Positions 1-9,884 of a stretch of 64,000 nt of DNA are shown here, piece by piece (the stretch's first letter is position 1; the number at the start of each line of letters is the position of its first letter). The stretch comes from an uncultured Lachnospiraceae bacterium (GTDB lineage: Bacteria; Bacillota; Clostridia; Lachnospirales; Lachnospiraceae). The position numbers were made by a program, and so were the translations under genes. The notes under the pieces were generated by a model that worked only from the letters and a program-made list of their open reading frames with translations, was not told where the DNA came from and ran no database searches. The stretch lies in the NCBI GenBank assembly GCA_910588865.1, contig CAJUSJ010000006.1:4755-68754 (forward strand). The letters run 5' to 3'.

Positions 1-33
1 TGGGGAGTGGGCTACAAGATCGAGAAGCAGTAG
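1..33 (+). CDS. C-terminal end of an OmpR-family response regulator (partial, starts outside the window)
   Basis: In-frame WGVGYKIEKQ-stop. The complete OmpR-type regulator at 58154-58867 ends with a similar motif (VWGIGYKFEVKR). Lies 9 nt upstream of a histidine kinase gene. Confidence 0.5.
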   Translation, partial: WGVGYKIEKQ

Positions 34-42
34 GAGCTGTCT

Positions 43-2349
43 ATGAAGAAAGACATCTGGCCGGTAAGTTTAAAAAAACAGTTTTTACTGCTTCTCCACG
101 CCGCTTTTCTCATGCTGTTTCTCTGGGGGATTTCCTTTATCTATTTTAATGAAAATTATGGAAGGGGAATCAGGTGGATCAGGGAGGAGTCCTACGCGGA
201 CACACTCCCGTTTACGGAGCAGCTGGAAGCGGATGTGGAGATGATCTTTAAATATGTGAAATACAAGGACCTGTTTGAGACAGACGGGAAACTGGACTAC
301 AATAAAGACATGGTCTGCGTCACATTCAGTTCTGGAAAATCCATGATCTATACCCTCAATGATATGATCCGGGAGGCAAAGAGCCGGGGATATTACCTGA
401 CAGACACTTTTGAGGTGGCGGGAGGCCCCGCGGTTCATGAGAGGGATACGCAGAACGCCGCGATTCCCCTTATTGAGTGGAAGACCTATGACCCCCATGC
501 CTCCGAGCACTATACGGAACCAGGGGATGCCTACGCGACCAGGGAAGAACTGGCGGTTGAGGTTTTGACTATTTTGGGGGAATATTATCAGATTCAGTAC
601 AACTACATGGACCGCCCTTCCAACCTGTATTTCCGGGTATCTTATATGGATGGGATGGGGCAGGAGCGTCTTTACACCAACGCTGAACAGTACCTTGTGG
701 AGGACTTAATGGGGTTTGGACGTTATCTGTACCTGTCCGGCGACTCGATTTTGATTGATACGAATTTAAAGTATATTCCCGGGAATATTACCTCTGAACT
801 GGAAAATTATAACCTGTACGGCAACAATGATTACTATATTGTTCTGGGGCTAAACACAAGATATCCCAACACGGACCCTTATTCCAGAGCCCACGACGCC
901 TACACCAGGGTCAGGGTAAACTACATTACCGGCCTGCTTTTGTTTGCCATTGGCGCGGCGGGACTTCTGGTGACTTTGGCCTGTTTGAGCTACCTGTCCG
1001 GCTATGAGACCCTGGACCGCTCTGTTGTGGCTCTGGCGCATTTTGACGGGATCCCCGTGGAGTGCGGCGTTGTCCTGTGTCTGTTGTGCCTGTGGTTTTG
1101 TCATGTGGTGACAGGCAAGGCGGGGGGTAAGCTCGCCAACCTGCTTCTGGATGAGAGGCACAGGAACTTTTTTGTGGTCATAACCCGGTGGACAACCGCT
1201 TACCTGGTAGGCCTTGTGGAGGGCTTCAGCCTTCTGAGACAGTACAAGGCCCGGGTCCTGTGGCACAACTCACTGGCCTGCCGAGGCTGGCGCTGGTGTG
1301 TCGCCGCGTTGAACAATGCCTCATTTCCTGTGGAGATGACCGCCTGTTTTCTCGGGTATCTGGGGGGGAACGGGGCACTTATCTATGCCATCTATTATCT
1401 GTATGGGAATCGGGAGCTTCTCCCCGTGCCTTTTGTGTACCTGATCCCGGCCGCGGTTCTGGTGTTTTTCCAGGTGTGGACCTTTCTGCTGCTGTACCGC
1501 CGGTCCGCTGAGACAGAAAAGATCTCTTACGCCATTTTCAAAATGTCAGAGGGAGACACCAGCTACAAGATCGATACCTTGGGATTTTCCGGAAAAGGCG
1601 CGGGGCTGGCCCAGACCCTGAACAATTTGGGAGACGGGCTGGAGACGGCTCTTCAGGAAAAGGTAAAGAGCGAGCGCCTCAAGGCGGACCTGATCACCAA
1701 TGTGTCCCATGACATCAAGACGCCTCTCACCTCTATTATCAATTATGTGGATCTTTTGAAACGGGAAAAGCTCCCAGATGAAAAGATCCAGCGGTATCTG
1801 GAGGTTCTTGATCAGAAATCCCAGCGCCTTAAGACCCTTACCGAGGACCTTGTGGAAGCGTCAAAAGCCAGTTCAGGAAATTTAAAGCTTGAGATGGCAA
1901 ACATCGACCTGGTGGAAATGATTCACCAGACCAACGGGGAATTTGAGGAGAAATTCGGACTCCGCCATCTGGAGCTGGTGGCCTCCCTTCCCCCGGAGAC
2001 CATCCTCATTGCCGCTGACGGAAGGCGGCTGTGGAGGGTGCTGGAAAATCTGTACAACAATACCTTCAAATACGCCATGGAGCACAGCCGGGTGTACGTG
2101 GACCTGGAGAAGAAAAACGGGTACGCGTATTTTACCATAAAAAATGTGTCCCAAAATCCCCTGAACATCAATGCGGACGAGCTGACAGAGCGATTTGTCC
2201 GGGGGGATGTGGCCAGGACAACCGATGGAAGCGGCTTGGGACTCTCCATCGCGAAGAGCCTTACCCTGCTTCAGGGAGGCACCTTTGATTTGTACATTGA
2301 CGGAGACTTATTCAAAGCCCAGGTGGGCTTTCCGGTGCTGTCAGACTGA
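43..2349 (+). CDS. Sensor histidine kinase with a large N-terminal sensor/multi-TM region
   Basis: 768-aa ORF with an H-box (ITNVSHDIKTPLTSIINYVDLL) and HATPase_c motifs (NLYNNTFKYA, DGSGLGLSIAKS). Several hydrophobic segments at aa 290-500. Confidence 0.9.
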   Translation: MKKDIWPVSLKKQFLLLLHAAFLMLFLWGISFIYFNENYGRGIRWIREESYADTLPFTEQLEADVEMIFKYVKYKDLFETDGKLDYNKDMVCVTFSSGKSMIYTLNDMIREAKSRGYYLTDTFEVAGGPAVHERDTQNAAIPLIEWKTYDPHASEHYTEPGDAYATREELAVEVLTILGEYYQIQYNYMDRPSNLYFRVSYMDGMGQERLYTNAEQYLVEDLMGFGRYLYLSGDSILIDTNLKYIPGNITSELENYNLYGNNDYYIVLGLNTRYPNTDPYSRAHDAYTRVRVNYITGLLLFAIGAAGLLVTLACLSYLSGYETLDRSVVALAHFDGIPVECGVVLCLLCLWFCHVVTGKAGGKLANLLLDERHRNFFVVITRWTTAYLVGLVEGFSLLRQYKARVLWHNSLACRGWRWCVAALNNASFPVEMTACFLGYLGGNGALIYAIYYLYGNRELLPVPFVYLIPAAVLVFFQVWTFLLLYRRSAETEKISYAIFKMSEGDTSYKIDTLGFSGKGAGLAQTLNNLGDGLETALQEKVKSERLKADLITNVSHDIKTPLTSIINYVDLLKREKLPDEKIQRYLEVLDQKSQRLKTLTEDLVEASKASSGNLKLEMANIDLVEMIHQTNGEFEEKFGLRHLELVASLPPETILIAADGRRLWRVLENLYNNTFKYAMEHSRVYVDLEKKNGYAYFTIKNVSQNPLNINADELTERFVRGDVARTTDGSGLGLSIAKSLTLLQGGTFDLYIDGDLFKAQVGFPVLSD

Positions 2350-2403
2350 AAGCGGCTGAGGGGGCACCGGGAAAGCTGGTTTGTCCATGGGCTATGAGAA
2401 ACC

Positions 2404-2452
2404 AAAACAGCCCCGGATCTGTGGCAGGACAGTTTCCGGGGCTTTGTCTGTC
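2404..2452. terminator. Bidirectional rho-independent terminator between convergent kinase and glgB genes
   Basis: 9-bp stem AGCCCCGGA (2409-2417) / TCCGGGGCT (2435-2443), flanked by AAAAC upstream and TTGTCTGT downstream. Confidence 0.5.
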
Positions 2453-2468
2453 TATATGGCGGGCCGGG

Positions 2469-4379
2469 TCAGAACCGGAAGATGGCGGTTCCGTAGGCGG
2501 CAAGAGGGTACGCGAAGGAGAACGGCTGTCCGTCGCACTCGGACTTGGTGGAGCGGTAGATTACCTTGTCATCCCCTGGCTTATAAAGGCCATGGGTCTG
2601 GTCTAACAGCAGGGAGAAGCTGCCTCTCTTGGGGACACCTACCCGATAGTCAGGTCTGGCCACGGGGGTGAAGTTGCAGATAAACAGCAGATTCTGCTTG
2701 CCTGTTGGATTGCGGCGGATAAAGCTGAAGATGCTGCGGTCCCCGTCATTGGCGTTGATCCACTGGAAGCCATCCCAGTCATAGTCTAAGCTGTACATGG
2801 ATGGATATTTTTTGTACAGGTGGAGCAGGTCCCGGAAATAATTCTGAAGGTCCTTGTGGAGCGGTTCCTCGGCCAGATACCAGTCTAAGGAGACCTTCTC
2901 ATCCCACTCGTGGAGCTGTCCGAAATCTTGTCCCATGAACAGAAGCTTCTTGCCCGGATGGCCCATCATGAAAGTGTAGCCCACCTTTAAGTTGGCGAAC
3001 TTATCATCGTCAAGGCCCGGCATCTTGTTGATCATGGAGCATTTTAAGTGAACCACCTCGTCGTGGGACAGAACCAGGATAAAGTTCTCGCTGGTGGCGT
3101 AGGTCATGCCGAATGTCATCTTGTTGTGGTTGAATTTGCGGAAATAGGGGTCAAGCTTCATGTACTCCAAAAAGTCGTGCATCCAGCCCATATTCCACTT
3201 GAATTTAAAGCCCAGTCCTCCGTCCTCCGGCGTGCCCGTGACCAAAGGCCACGCGGTGGATTCCTCGGCAATGATCATGGCCCCTTCACAGCGCTTTTCC
3301 ACAATGCTGTTGAGGTGCTTGAAAAACTCAATGGCTTCTAAATTCTTGTTCTCCCCGTACTTGTTGGGAAGCCAGTTGCCGCCGGAGCGTCCGTAGTCCA
3401 AATACAGCATGGATGCCACGGCATCCACCCGAAGGCCATCGATGTGGTACTGTTCGATCCAGTAAAGGGCATTGGAGATAAGGAAATTGGATACCTCGTG
3501 CTTCTCGTAATCAAACACCTTGGTGCCCCAGTCCGGGTGCTCTCCCTTCCTGGAGTCCGCGTATTCGTACACCGGCTGGCCGTCAAAATCCGCAAGCCCG
3601 TGGGCATCTCTGGGGAAATGGGCGGGAACCCAGTCCAGGATGACGCCGATGCCCTTCTTGTGCATGTAGTTGACAAAATACATAAAGTCCTTGGCGGTTC
3701 CATAGCGGGAAGTGGGGGCGTAGTAGCCGGTAACCTGGTAGCCCCAGGAGCCGTCAAATGGATGCTCCGCTATGCCCATGAGCTCCACATGGGTGTAGCC
3801 CATATCCTTCACATAGTCTGCCAGCTCGTGGGCTGCCTCTATGTAGGTGTAGAACCCGTCCTTTTCTTCCCGGTTCTGCTTTTTCCAGGAGCCTAAGTGT
3901 ACCTCATAGATGGACAGAGGGGAGGTGAGAAGATCGGTCTCCTTTCTCTTGCGCATCCAGGCGTCGTCTTTCCAGGCAAAGCCGGAAATGTCAGCGGTTA
4001 CAGACGCGGTTCCCGGGCGGTATTCCGCCTCAAAGGCATAGGGGTCTGCCTTGAACAGTACTTTCCCCTCCTGTGTGGTGATGGCGTATTTGTACAGCTG
4101 TCCTGTGCCCAGGCCCGGGACAAAGGCTTCATAGATGCCGGATGTGCCCAGGGCCTCCATGGGTGTGGCGTCGGGATTCCACTCATTGAAATCCCCCACA
4201 ACGCTGACCGCCTGGGCGTGAGGGGCCCAGACAGCAAAGTACATGCCCTCTTTCCTGCGGTAGGTTTTTGGATGCGCGCCTAACTTTTCATAGATCTCAT
4301 AGTGGGTTCCCTCCCCGAAGAGATACCGGTCAGTCTCAGTGATAAACCCGGTCCCTGGTTCCTTTTTGCTACGTGCCAT
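2469..4379 (-). CDS. glgB: 1,4-alpha-glucan branching enzyme
   Basis: 636-aa ORF with GH13 branching-enzyme signatures (GVILDWVPAHF, IDGLRVDAVASM, IIAEEST, LSHDEVVH). Confidence 0.93.
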   Translation of the reverse strand: MARSKKEPGTGFITETDRYLFGEGTHYEIYEKLGAHPKTYRRKEGMYFAVWAPHAQAVSVVGDFNEWNPDATPMEALGTSGIYEAFVPGLGTGQLYKYAITTQEGKVLFKADPYAFEAEYRPGTASVTADISGFAWKDDAWMRKRKETDLLTSPLSIYEVHLGSWKKQNREEKDGFYTYIEAAHELADYVKDMGYTHVELMGIAEHPFDGSWGYQVTGYYAPTSRYGTAKDFMYFVNYMHKKGIGVILDWVPAHFPRDAHGLADFDGQPVYEYADSRKGEHPDWGTKVFDYEKHEVSNFLISNALYWIEQYHIDGLRVDAVASMLYLDYGRSGGNWLPNKYGENKNLEAIEFFKHLNSIVEKRCEGAMIIAEESTAWPLVTGTPEDGGLGFKFKWNMGWMHDFLEYMKLDPYFRKFNHNKMTFGMTYATSENFILVLSHDEVVHLKCSMINKMPGLDDDKFANLKVGYTFMMGHPGKKLLFMGQDFGQLHEWDEKVSLDWYLAEEPLHKDLQNYFRDLLHLYKKYPSMYSLDYDWDGFQWINANDGDRSIFSFIRRNPTGKQNLLFICNFTPVARPDYRVGVPKRGSFSLLLDQTHGLYKPGDDKVIYRSTKSECDGQPFSFAYPLAAYGTAIFRF

Positions 4380-4442
4380 AAAGTTTTACCTCCGTAAGTT
4401 TTGTGCCATGCCCGACCGGCCCCCCGGCTGTGTTGTCAGGCA

Positions 4443-4688
4443 TTACCGCGCCTCTGCCTCCAGGTTTTTAAAACTGCGCAGGAGAAACTGATACCGCAGC
4501 TGTGCCGCGTTCAGTTCATAGATGTAGCAGTCGATGAGCGTAGGGTCCACCACCTGTTCAAAATGATTCCTGGCCGAATCAATGCTGTGCCGCGTCTGCT
4601 CGATCTCTGCCCGAAGGGCCTGCCGTTCCCTGAATCTGGTGAGAGCGGCGCTTAATTTCTTTCCATGTCTCATATCGTCATCTCCCAA
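4443..4688 (-). CDS. Small DUF2508/YaaL-like protein
   Basis: 81-aa ORF. The core LIDCYIYELNAAQLRYQFLL resembles the conserved core of the small Firmicute YaaL family. Recognised from memory only. Confidence 0.45.
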   Translation of the reverse strand: MGDDDMRHGKKLSAALTRFRERQALRAEIEQTRHSIDSARNHFEQVVDPTLIDCYIYELNAAQLRYQFLLRSFKNLEAEAR

Positions 4689-4815
4689 AATTTGATACAG
4701 GTATTATCCGCGGAAATGGAATTTTTATACATGGAATCTGCCTCTATTTTACCATTTTACCAGGAGATGGTCAACAGTTACGTTCGCGGGCCCGGCGGGA
4801 AACTAAAAAAAGTCC

Positions 4816-4844
4816 TTGACATTTTCCCGGACAAGGTGCATAAT
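4816..4844 (+). promoter_or_regulatory. Sigma-A-like promoter for the Tad-type operon
   Basis: TTGACA (4816-4821), a 17-nt spacer, then CATAAT (4839-4844) with TG immediately upstream. About 80 nt before the ATG at 4926. Confidence 0.45.
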
Positions 4845-4925
4845 AAAGTAACAGTCAGCACAATTCATAAGTGCTTAAGCATATTACTCAGGTTATACCG
4901 CTCATTTCGAGCAGAGTTTCCGGTG

Positions 4926-5495
4926 ATGTTACGCAGAGGAAGACAGGGGGGTGGAGTGTTTATTTTTTTAAAAACAGGGCTTTTGGCAGTGGTGTTGCTG
5001 GGAGGCGCCTTGTATGATATCAGGGAACAGAGGATTCCCAACTGGTGGTGCGCCTGCGGCTGTGTATTGGGCCTGTGGCTCACATGGCGTTTGGCTCCGG
5101 CAGGACAGGGAGCGGGGCAGGCGGTTCTTTACATAATCCGGCTTCTTGCCGTGACCGCCATATGGTTTCCCCTGTTCCGTCTGAGGATGATAGGGGCCGG
5201 GGATGTGAAGCTGATGGCGCTGATGGCCGGGTATCTGGGCTTTGCGGTCAGCGCGGGTGTTATATTGTATGGATTTTTCATTGGAGCCATTCTGGCTTTT
5301 CTGAAAATGCTGGTATACAGGAATCTATATCAGCGTCTGAATTATTTTTTCGCCTACATCAGGCGGTTGTTCCAGACAAGAGAGGCGGTGCCTTACTATC
5401 AGGCGTCGAGAGATGGAAAAGAGGCGGTGATCCCGCTGGGTCTGTGCCTTCTGGGAGGCTGTGTGTGGTATGTGGTCAGGGGTATTCTGTGCTGA
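4926..5495 (+). CDS. A24-family prepilin peptidase, TadV/CpaA-like (paralogue 1)
   Basis: ORF-track entry 4665-5495 trimmed to the ATG at 4926. Polytopic. Carries the two aspartate motifs of A24 peptidases (LYDIREQRIPN and IGAGDVKLMAL). No methyltransferase domain. Confidence 0.8.
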   Translation: MLRRGRQGGGVFIFLKTGLLAVVLLGGALYDIREQRIPNWWCACGCVLGLWLTWRLAPAGQGAGQAVLYIIRLLAVTAIWFPLFRLRMIGAGDVKLMALMAGYLGFAVSAGVILYGFFIGAILAFLKMLVYRNLYQRLNYFFAYIRRLFQTREAVPYYQASRDGKEAVIPLGLCLLGGCVWYVVRGILC

Positions 5496-5575
5496 CTTGT
5501 TCCGGACCGCGTCACACACAAAAAACCAGGAACGCCGGACCCGGGGCAGGGTCCGGGCCATAGAAAGGAGGCGTC

Positions 5576-6577
5576 ATGGACAAGATTATGGCAGTCTACG
5601 ACGTAGATGCCAGCTATGCGCGGCGGTTTGCCGATGTGGTGAACCAGAAAGAGAAGGTGCCCTTCACAGTGGTACCCTTTACCTCCTTGGAGGAGTTGAA
5701 GAAATATGCCCGTCATCACCCGATTGAGATTCTTCTGGTGAGCGGCGGGAGCCCCGCGAAGGCGGCAGAGGAAGTTGGAGCCAAGGCGGTGGTCACCCTG
5801 GCGGAGGGGGAGGTAGTACCCGCGGCCGAGGATCACCCAAGTGTCTACAAGTACCAGTCCGCGGACAGCGTGATCCGGGAGGTCATGGCCCACTACTGCG
5901 AGAAGCCCCAGCCCCTCCTTGTGGCAGTGGGAAAGAGGGCCAAGGTCATTGGCATCTATTCGCCGGTGAGCCGGTGTTTAAAGACCTCCCTGGCACTGAC
6001 TATGGGTCAGCAGTTGGCAAGGGAGGGGAAGGTACTCTATGTGGGCTTTGAGCCTTTTGCCGGATTTACCAGGCTGCTGGAGGGAGAGTGCAGGGCGGAT
6101 CTGTCGGATGTGCTGTATTTTTTCCGTCAGGATGATTTTGGAGTAATGCGCCTTCGGAGCATGGTCTACACATGGAAGGACATGGACTACATCCCGCCGG
6201 TAAAATACCCGGAGGATTTGGAGCAGCTGACCGGGGAAGAGGCGGCTCTTCTGGTGGAACAGATCGCGGTGGAGTGCGGATATGGGCACCTGGTGGTGGA
6301 CATGGGACAGACCATCTGCGGTATCCTTCCGGTTCTGGATAACTGCGACGTGATTTTTATGCCGGTTAAAGAGGACTGCGTTTCAGCGGCCAAGCTGGAG
6401 GAATTTGAAAAATATCTGCAGGTGTCTAAAAGGGAGGACCTAAAGGACCGGATCCGCAGGGTAAAGCTTCCCTATCACAGCAATTTTGGCAGAGTGGATT
6501 CCTATATGGAGCAGCTTTTGTGGGGAGAGCTAGGGGACTATGTGCGGAATCTGTTAAAGGGGGTGCCCTGGAAATGA
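5576..6577 (+). CDS. TadZ/CpaE-like protein: receiver-like N-domain plus ParA/MinD-like domain with a degenerate P-loop
   Basis: 333 aa. The N-terminus IMAVYDVDASYARRF...ILLVSG looks like a receiver fold without the acidic pocket. GIYSPVSRCLKTSLAL sits where ParA/MinD proteins carry KGGxGKT. The gene lies immediately upstream of the Tad ATPase. Confidence 0.55.
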   Translation: MDKIMAVYDVDASYARRFADVVNQKEKVPFTVVPFTSLEELKKYARHHPIEILLVSGGSPAKAAEEVGAKAVVTLAEGEVVPAAEDHPSVYKYQSADSVIREVMAHYCEKPQPLLVAVGKRAKVIGIYSPVSRCLKTSLALTMGQQLAREGKVLYVGFEPFAGFTRLLEGECRADLSDVLYFFRQDDFGVMRLRSMVYTWKDMDYIPPVKYPEDLEQLTGEEAALLVEQIAVECGYGHLVVDMGQTICGILPVLDNCDVIFMPVKEDCVSAAKLEEFEKYLQVSKREDLKDRIRRVKLPYHSNFGRVDSYMEQLLWGELGDYVRNLLKGVPWK

Positions 6578-7884
6578 GTGTAAAGAGAGGCGAAGCAGAG
6601 CCCAAAAGACTGGCTTCCAAAAAGGATAACAGCCAGAGACGGCACCGGGGCAGAACTTACGGAGGAAAAAGGGCAGGAGGGAAAAATCAGTGGGAAACCA
6701 GGCGGAAGGGGATCCGGGAAGAGCTTCGGGAAAAGATCCGGCAGGAGGTCAGCGGAAGCCGGGACATCAGTGACAGTGAGCTGTATGAGCGCATTGACCG
6801 TCTGATCATGGAGAGGGGGGAGGAAGACTACCTTCCGCTGAAAGAGCGGATAGAGCTGAGAGCGGCTCTGTTTAACTCCTTCCGCAAGCTGGATATTTTG
6901 CAGCAGCTTATTGACGACCCGGATATCACGGAGGTGATGATCAATGGCCCAAGGCGGGTTTTTGTGGAGAGAAAGGGGGCCATGGAGCTGTGGGATCAGG
7001 AATTTGAATCCTTAGAGCAGTTGGAGGATATGATCCAGCAGATGGTCAGCCTGGTGAACCGTACGGTCAATGTGGCGTCGCCTATTGCCGACGCCCGCCT
7101 TCCTGACGGCTCCAGAGTCCATGTGGTGCTGCCGCCGATTGCCTTAGACGGACCTGTGGTGACCATCCGGAAATTTCCAAGGCAGATCACCATGGACATG
7201 CTCATCCAGTCGGGGACAGTGAGTCTGGAGGCAGCCCAGTTTCTCAAAAGGCTGGTAAAGGCCGGGTACAACATCTTCATCAGCGGGGGAACCAATTCCG
7301 GCAAGACCACTTTTTTGAACGCGCTGTCCGCTTATATTCCCCAGGATGAGAGGGTGATCACCATCGAGGACTCGGCGGAACTGCAGATTCAGCAGGTAAA
7401 GAACTTAGTCCGCCTGGAAACCAGGACAGCCAATTCCCAGGGGGAGGGGGTTATTGGCATCGGGGATCTCATACGGGCATCTCTTCGTATGAATCCGGAC
7501 AGGATCATTGTGGGCGAGGTCAGGGGGAAAGAGGCCTTGGAGCTATTGAACAGCTTTAACACTGGCCACGACGGCGGCTTAAGCAGCGCCCACGCCAACA
7601 GCCCAAAGGATATGCTGGCCCGTTTGGAGACCATGGTTCTCATGGGGGCGGACCTGCCCCTGGCGGCCATCCGGAGCCAGATCGCGTCAGCTCTGGATAT
7701 TCTGATCCACTTAGGGAGGGTGGGGGACAGGAGCAGAAGAGTATTGTGGATCGTGGAGGTAGATGATTATGAAGAAGGGGAGATCCAGCTTAATGAACTC
7801 TATCAGTTCGAAAGCGGATGTCTTAGGGAAAAAGGAAAACTTAAAAATCGTGAGAAGCTTCGCAGGGCAGAGGAATCCTCATAA
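6574..7884 (+). CDS. tadA: Type II/IV secretion family ATPase, TadA/CpaF-like
   Basis: Trimmed to the ATG at 6574 (ATGA overlap with the upstream stop). Walker A is ISGGTNSGKTTFLNAL; the Asp/Walker B region is RVITIEDSAEL; also GEVRGKEA and a His-box region. Has a basic N-terminal tail. Confidence 0.9.
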   Translation: MSVKRGEAEPKRLASKKDNSQRRHRGRTYGGKRAGGKNQWETRRKGIREELREKIRQEVSGSRDISDSELYERIDRLIMERGEEDYLPLKERIELRAALFNSFRKLDILQQLIDDPDITEVMINGPRRVFVERKGAMELWDQEFESLEQLEDMIQQMVSLVNRTVNVASPIADARLPDGSRVHVVLPPIALDGPVVTIRKFPRQITMDMLIQSGTVSLEAAQFLKRLVKAGYNIFISGGTNSGKTTFLNALSAYIPQDERVITIEDSAELQIQQVKNLVRLETRTANSQGEGVIGIGDLIRASLRMNPDRIIVGEVRGKEALELLNSFNTGHDGGLSSAHANSPKDMLARLETMVLMGADLPLAAIRSQIASALDILIHLGRVGDRSRRVLWIVEVDDYEEGEIQLNELYQFESGCLREKGKLKNREKLRRAEESS

Positions 7885-7906
7885 GACTCCGGAGGCGGTA
7901 GGGCCT

Positions 7907-8626
7907 ATGGGAGCCAGAAGGAGGCTGCTGGCCTTGGGACAGGGGATCCTCATGGCAGCGGCGGCGGCTTATAGCTGTTACCGGAGCCTGACCGCGTTTG
8001 CCCTGTTTATGGTTCCGGCGTGCGTTTATCCTGTGCTCTATGAGAAAAAGTGGAGACAAGAGCAGCTTGGGAAGCTGGAGCGTCAGTTCAAGGAGGCCAT
8101 CCAGATCATGTCAGGAGCCTTAAGCGCCGGGTATTCGGTGGAGAACGCGGTGGCCGTAAGCGTCCGTGAGTTAGAACAGCTCTATGGCCCGGGGGAGATG
8201 ATTGTCAGGGAATTTGCCCGTATGGCGGGAGAGCTGAAGATGAACCGGCCAGTGGAGGAGGTGTTCCAAAGCTTTGCCGACAGAAGCGGCCTTGAGGAGG
8301 CGGAGCGGTTTTCCCAGATCTTTCAGATCGCCAAACGCAGCGGGGGAAGGCTGGTGTCCATTATCTGCCGGACAGTCTCCATCATGGAGGACCGGGGGCA
8401 GGTGAAGGAGGAGATCCGCACCATGACCGCGTCGGTTCAGTTTGAGCAGAAGGTCATGAGCGTCATACCGTTTTTGATGATCGTGTATGTGGACATGACT
8501 TCCCCGGGGTTTTTTCAGGTAATGTACGAGACTGCTATGGGAAAGATCGTTATGAGCTGCTGCCTGGCCGTGTACCTTTTGTCCTGTTATCTGTCCCGGA
8601 AGATCCTGAACATCAAGGTGGCCTAG
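7907..8626 (+). CDS. tadB: Type II secretion system F-family membrane protein, TadB-like
   Basis: Trimmed to the ATG at 7907, which follows a GGAGG. Has an N-terminal TM, a cytoplasmic helical domain (IMSGALSAGYSVENAV, FQIAKRSGG) and a C-terminal TM pair. Confidence 0.75.
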   Translation: MGARRRLLALGQGILMAAAAAYSCYRSLTAFALFMVPACVYPVLYEKKWRQEQLGKLERQFKEAIQIMSGALSAGYSVENAVAVSVRELEQLYGPGEMIVREFARMAGELKMNRPVEEVFQSFADRSGLEEAERFSQIFQIAKRSGGRLVSIICRTVSIMEDRGQVKEEIRTMTASVQFEQKVMSVIPFLMIVYVDMTSPGFFQVMYETAMGKIVMSCCLAVYLLSCYLSRKILNIKVA

Positions 8627-8639
8627 AAGGAGGGAACGG

Positions 8640-9869
8640 ATGCTGAGAAAGTGGGCGGGAAAATGGAAAAAGCAGATTTTGTGTATCCTGGCAGGCCTGG
8701 CGCTGGGGGGACTGGCGTTTTACATGGAGCAGGCCGGAAGCCAGGTGGGCCAGGGATATCTGGAGCGCATGGGATATGGAGAGGAGGGAAAGACCTATGA
8801 GTTTCTGGTAGAAGGGATCTGGGATGAGGCGGTGGCCTGCGAGGTGGAGATCTCGCCCATGGCTTACAGCCGGGAGGAAGCCGAAACCGTGTTCGCGGAG
8901 CTTTTGGAGGAGCTTCCCCAGATGATCCTGGGAGATAATCTATCCCTGGAGGAGGTGCGATCAGATTTAGATCTGATGACCTTGTTTGACGGCAAAGGAG
9001 TCCGGGCTGTGTGGAGAAGCGGGGATCCGGAGGTTTTGGACTCCTTTGGGCGCATACGGGCGGAGAATATTCCAAAGGAGGGGATCCGGACCTGGCTTGA
9101 TGTGACGCTGACAGACGGAATCCGGGAAAAGGACGGACGGTTTGAGGTCCGGGTTTGTCCGCCTCTTTGGGGCCAGAAGGAGCAATTGGCCTGGGCCCTG
9201 GAGGAACAGATCCGCCAGGCAGACATGGCATACCCGGAAAATCCGTATGTGGAGCTGCCCCGGGAATATGAGGGAAAGCAGATCCGCTATAAGGACATAC
9301 CGAACAGGGACTACTTAATCCTGCCTGTGCTGGGAGTCATTTTGGCAGCGCTTTTTTCCGGCCAGGAGAAGGCCAGGGAAGAGAAAAAGAGAAAAGAACG
9401 GGGACAGCTTCTGCTTCTGGATTACGCGGATGTGGTGTATCAGCTGATGGTATACCTGGGAGCCGGGCTGACCGTGGAAAAGGCCTGGGAGCAGATGGTG
9501 AAGAATTATGAAAAAAGACAAAAAAGGGGCTCAGACACTCCCCGGCCCGCCTATGAGGAGATGGCTCTGACCCTGGGGCAGATTCAGTACGGAGTGCCGG
9601 AGGGCACGGCCCTAAACCAGTTCGGCAAACGCTGTCAGTTACAGTGTTATATGAGGCTGAGCAGCCTTTTAGAGCAGAACCGGAAAACAGGGACCAAAAA
9701 TCTCAACCAGTTATTGGAGCAGGAGATGACAACCGCGTGGGAGGAACAAAAACACACGGCCCGCCGCATGGGGGAGGAGGCAAAGACAAAGCTCTTAGCC
9801 CCGCTGTTCCTCATGCTTGCGGTGGTCATGGTCATCATCATGGTTCCGGCCATGATGGTTATGAAATAA
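8640..9869 (+). CDS. tadC: TadC-like T2SSF-family membrane protein with an extra ~200-aa N-terminal domain
   Basis: 409 aa. An N-terminal TM is followed by an unrecognised domain, then a T2SSF-like region (GQIQYGVPEGTALNQFGKRC, C-terminal LLAPLFLMLAVVMVIIMV). Confidence 0.65.
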   Translation: MLRKWAGKWKKQILCILAGLALGGLAFYMEQAGSQVGQGYLERMGYGEEGKTYEFLVEGIWDEAVACEVEISPMAYSREEAETVFAELLEELPQMILGDNLSLEEVRSDLDLMTLFDGKGVRAVWRSGDPEVLDSFGRIRAENIPKEGIRTWLDVTLTDGIREKDGRFEVRVCPPLWGQKEQLAWALEEQIRQADMAYPENPYVELPREYEGKQIRYKDIPNRDYLILPVLGVILAALFSGQEKAREEKKRKERGQLLLLDYADVVYQLMVYLGAGLTVEKAWEQMVKNYEKRQKRGSDTPRPAYEEMALTLGQIQYGVPEGTALNQFGKRCQLQCYMRLSSLLEQNRKTGTKNLNQLLEQEMTTAWEEQKHTARRMGEEAKTKLLAPLFLMLAVVMVIIMVPAMMVMK

Positions 9870-9884
9870 AGGAGGAGAAAAGTT

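Noticed and set aside
4665-4925. N-terminal 87 residues of the ORF-track entry for the first prepilin peptidase
   Set aside because: This stretch contains the promoter-like TTGACA-17-CATAAT and overlaps the divergent DUF2508 gene start. The peptidase homology begins after the ATG at 4926. Similar over-extensions were trimmed at 6520, 7763, 12871, 13388, 13821, 15867, 25883, 27487, 29531, 50234 and 58900.
8623-9231. 202-aa Pro-rich minus-strand ORF (plus nested ones) opposite tadC
   Set aside because: An antisense artefact of a GC-rich coding region. It would interrupt a tightly packed operon.
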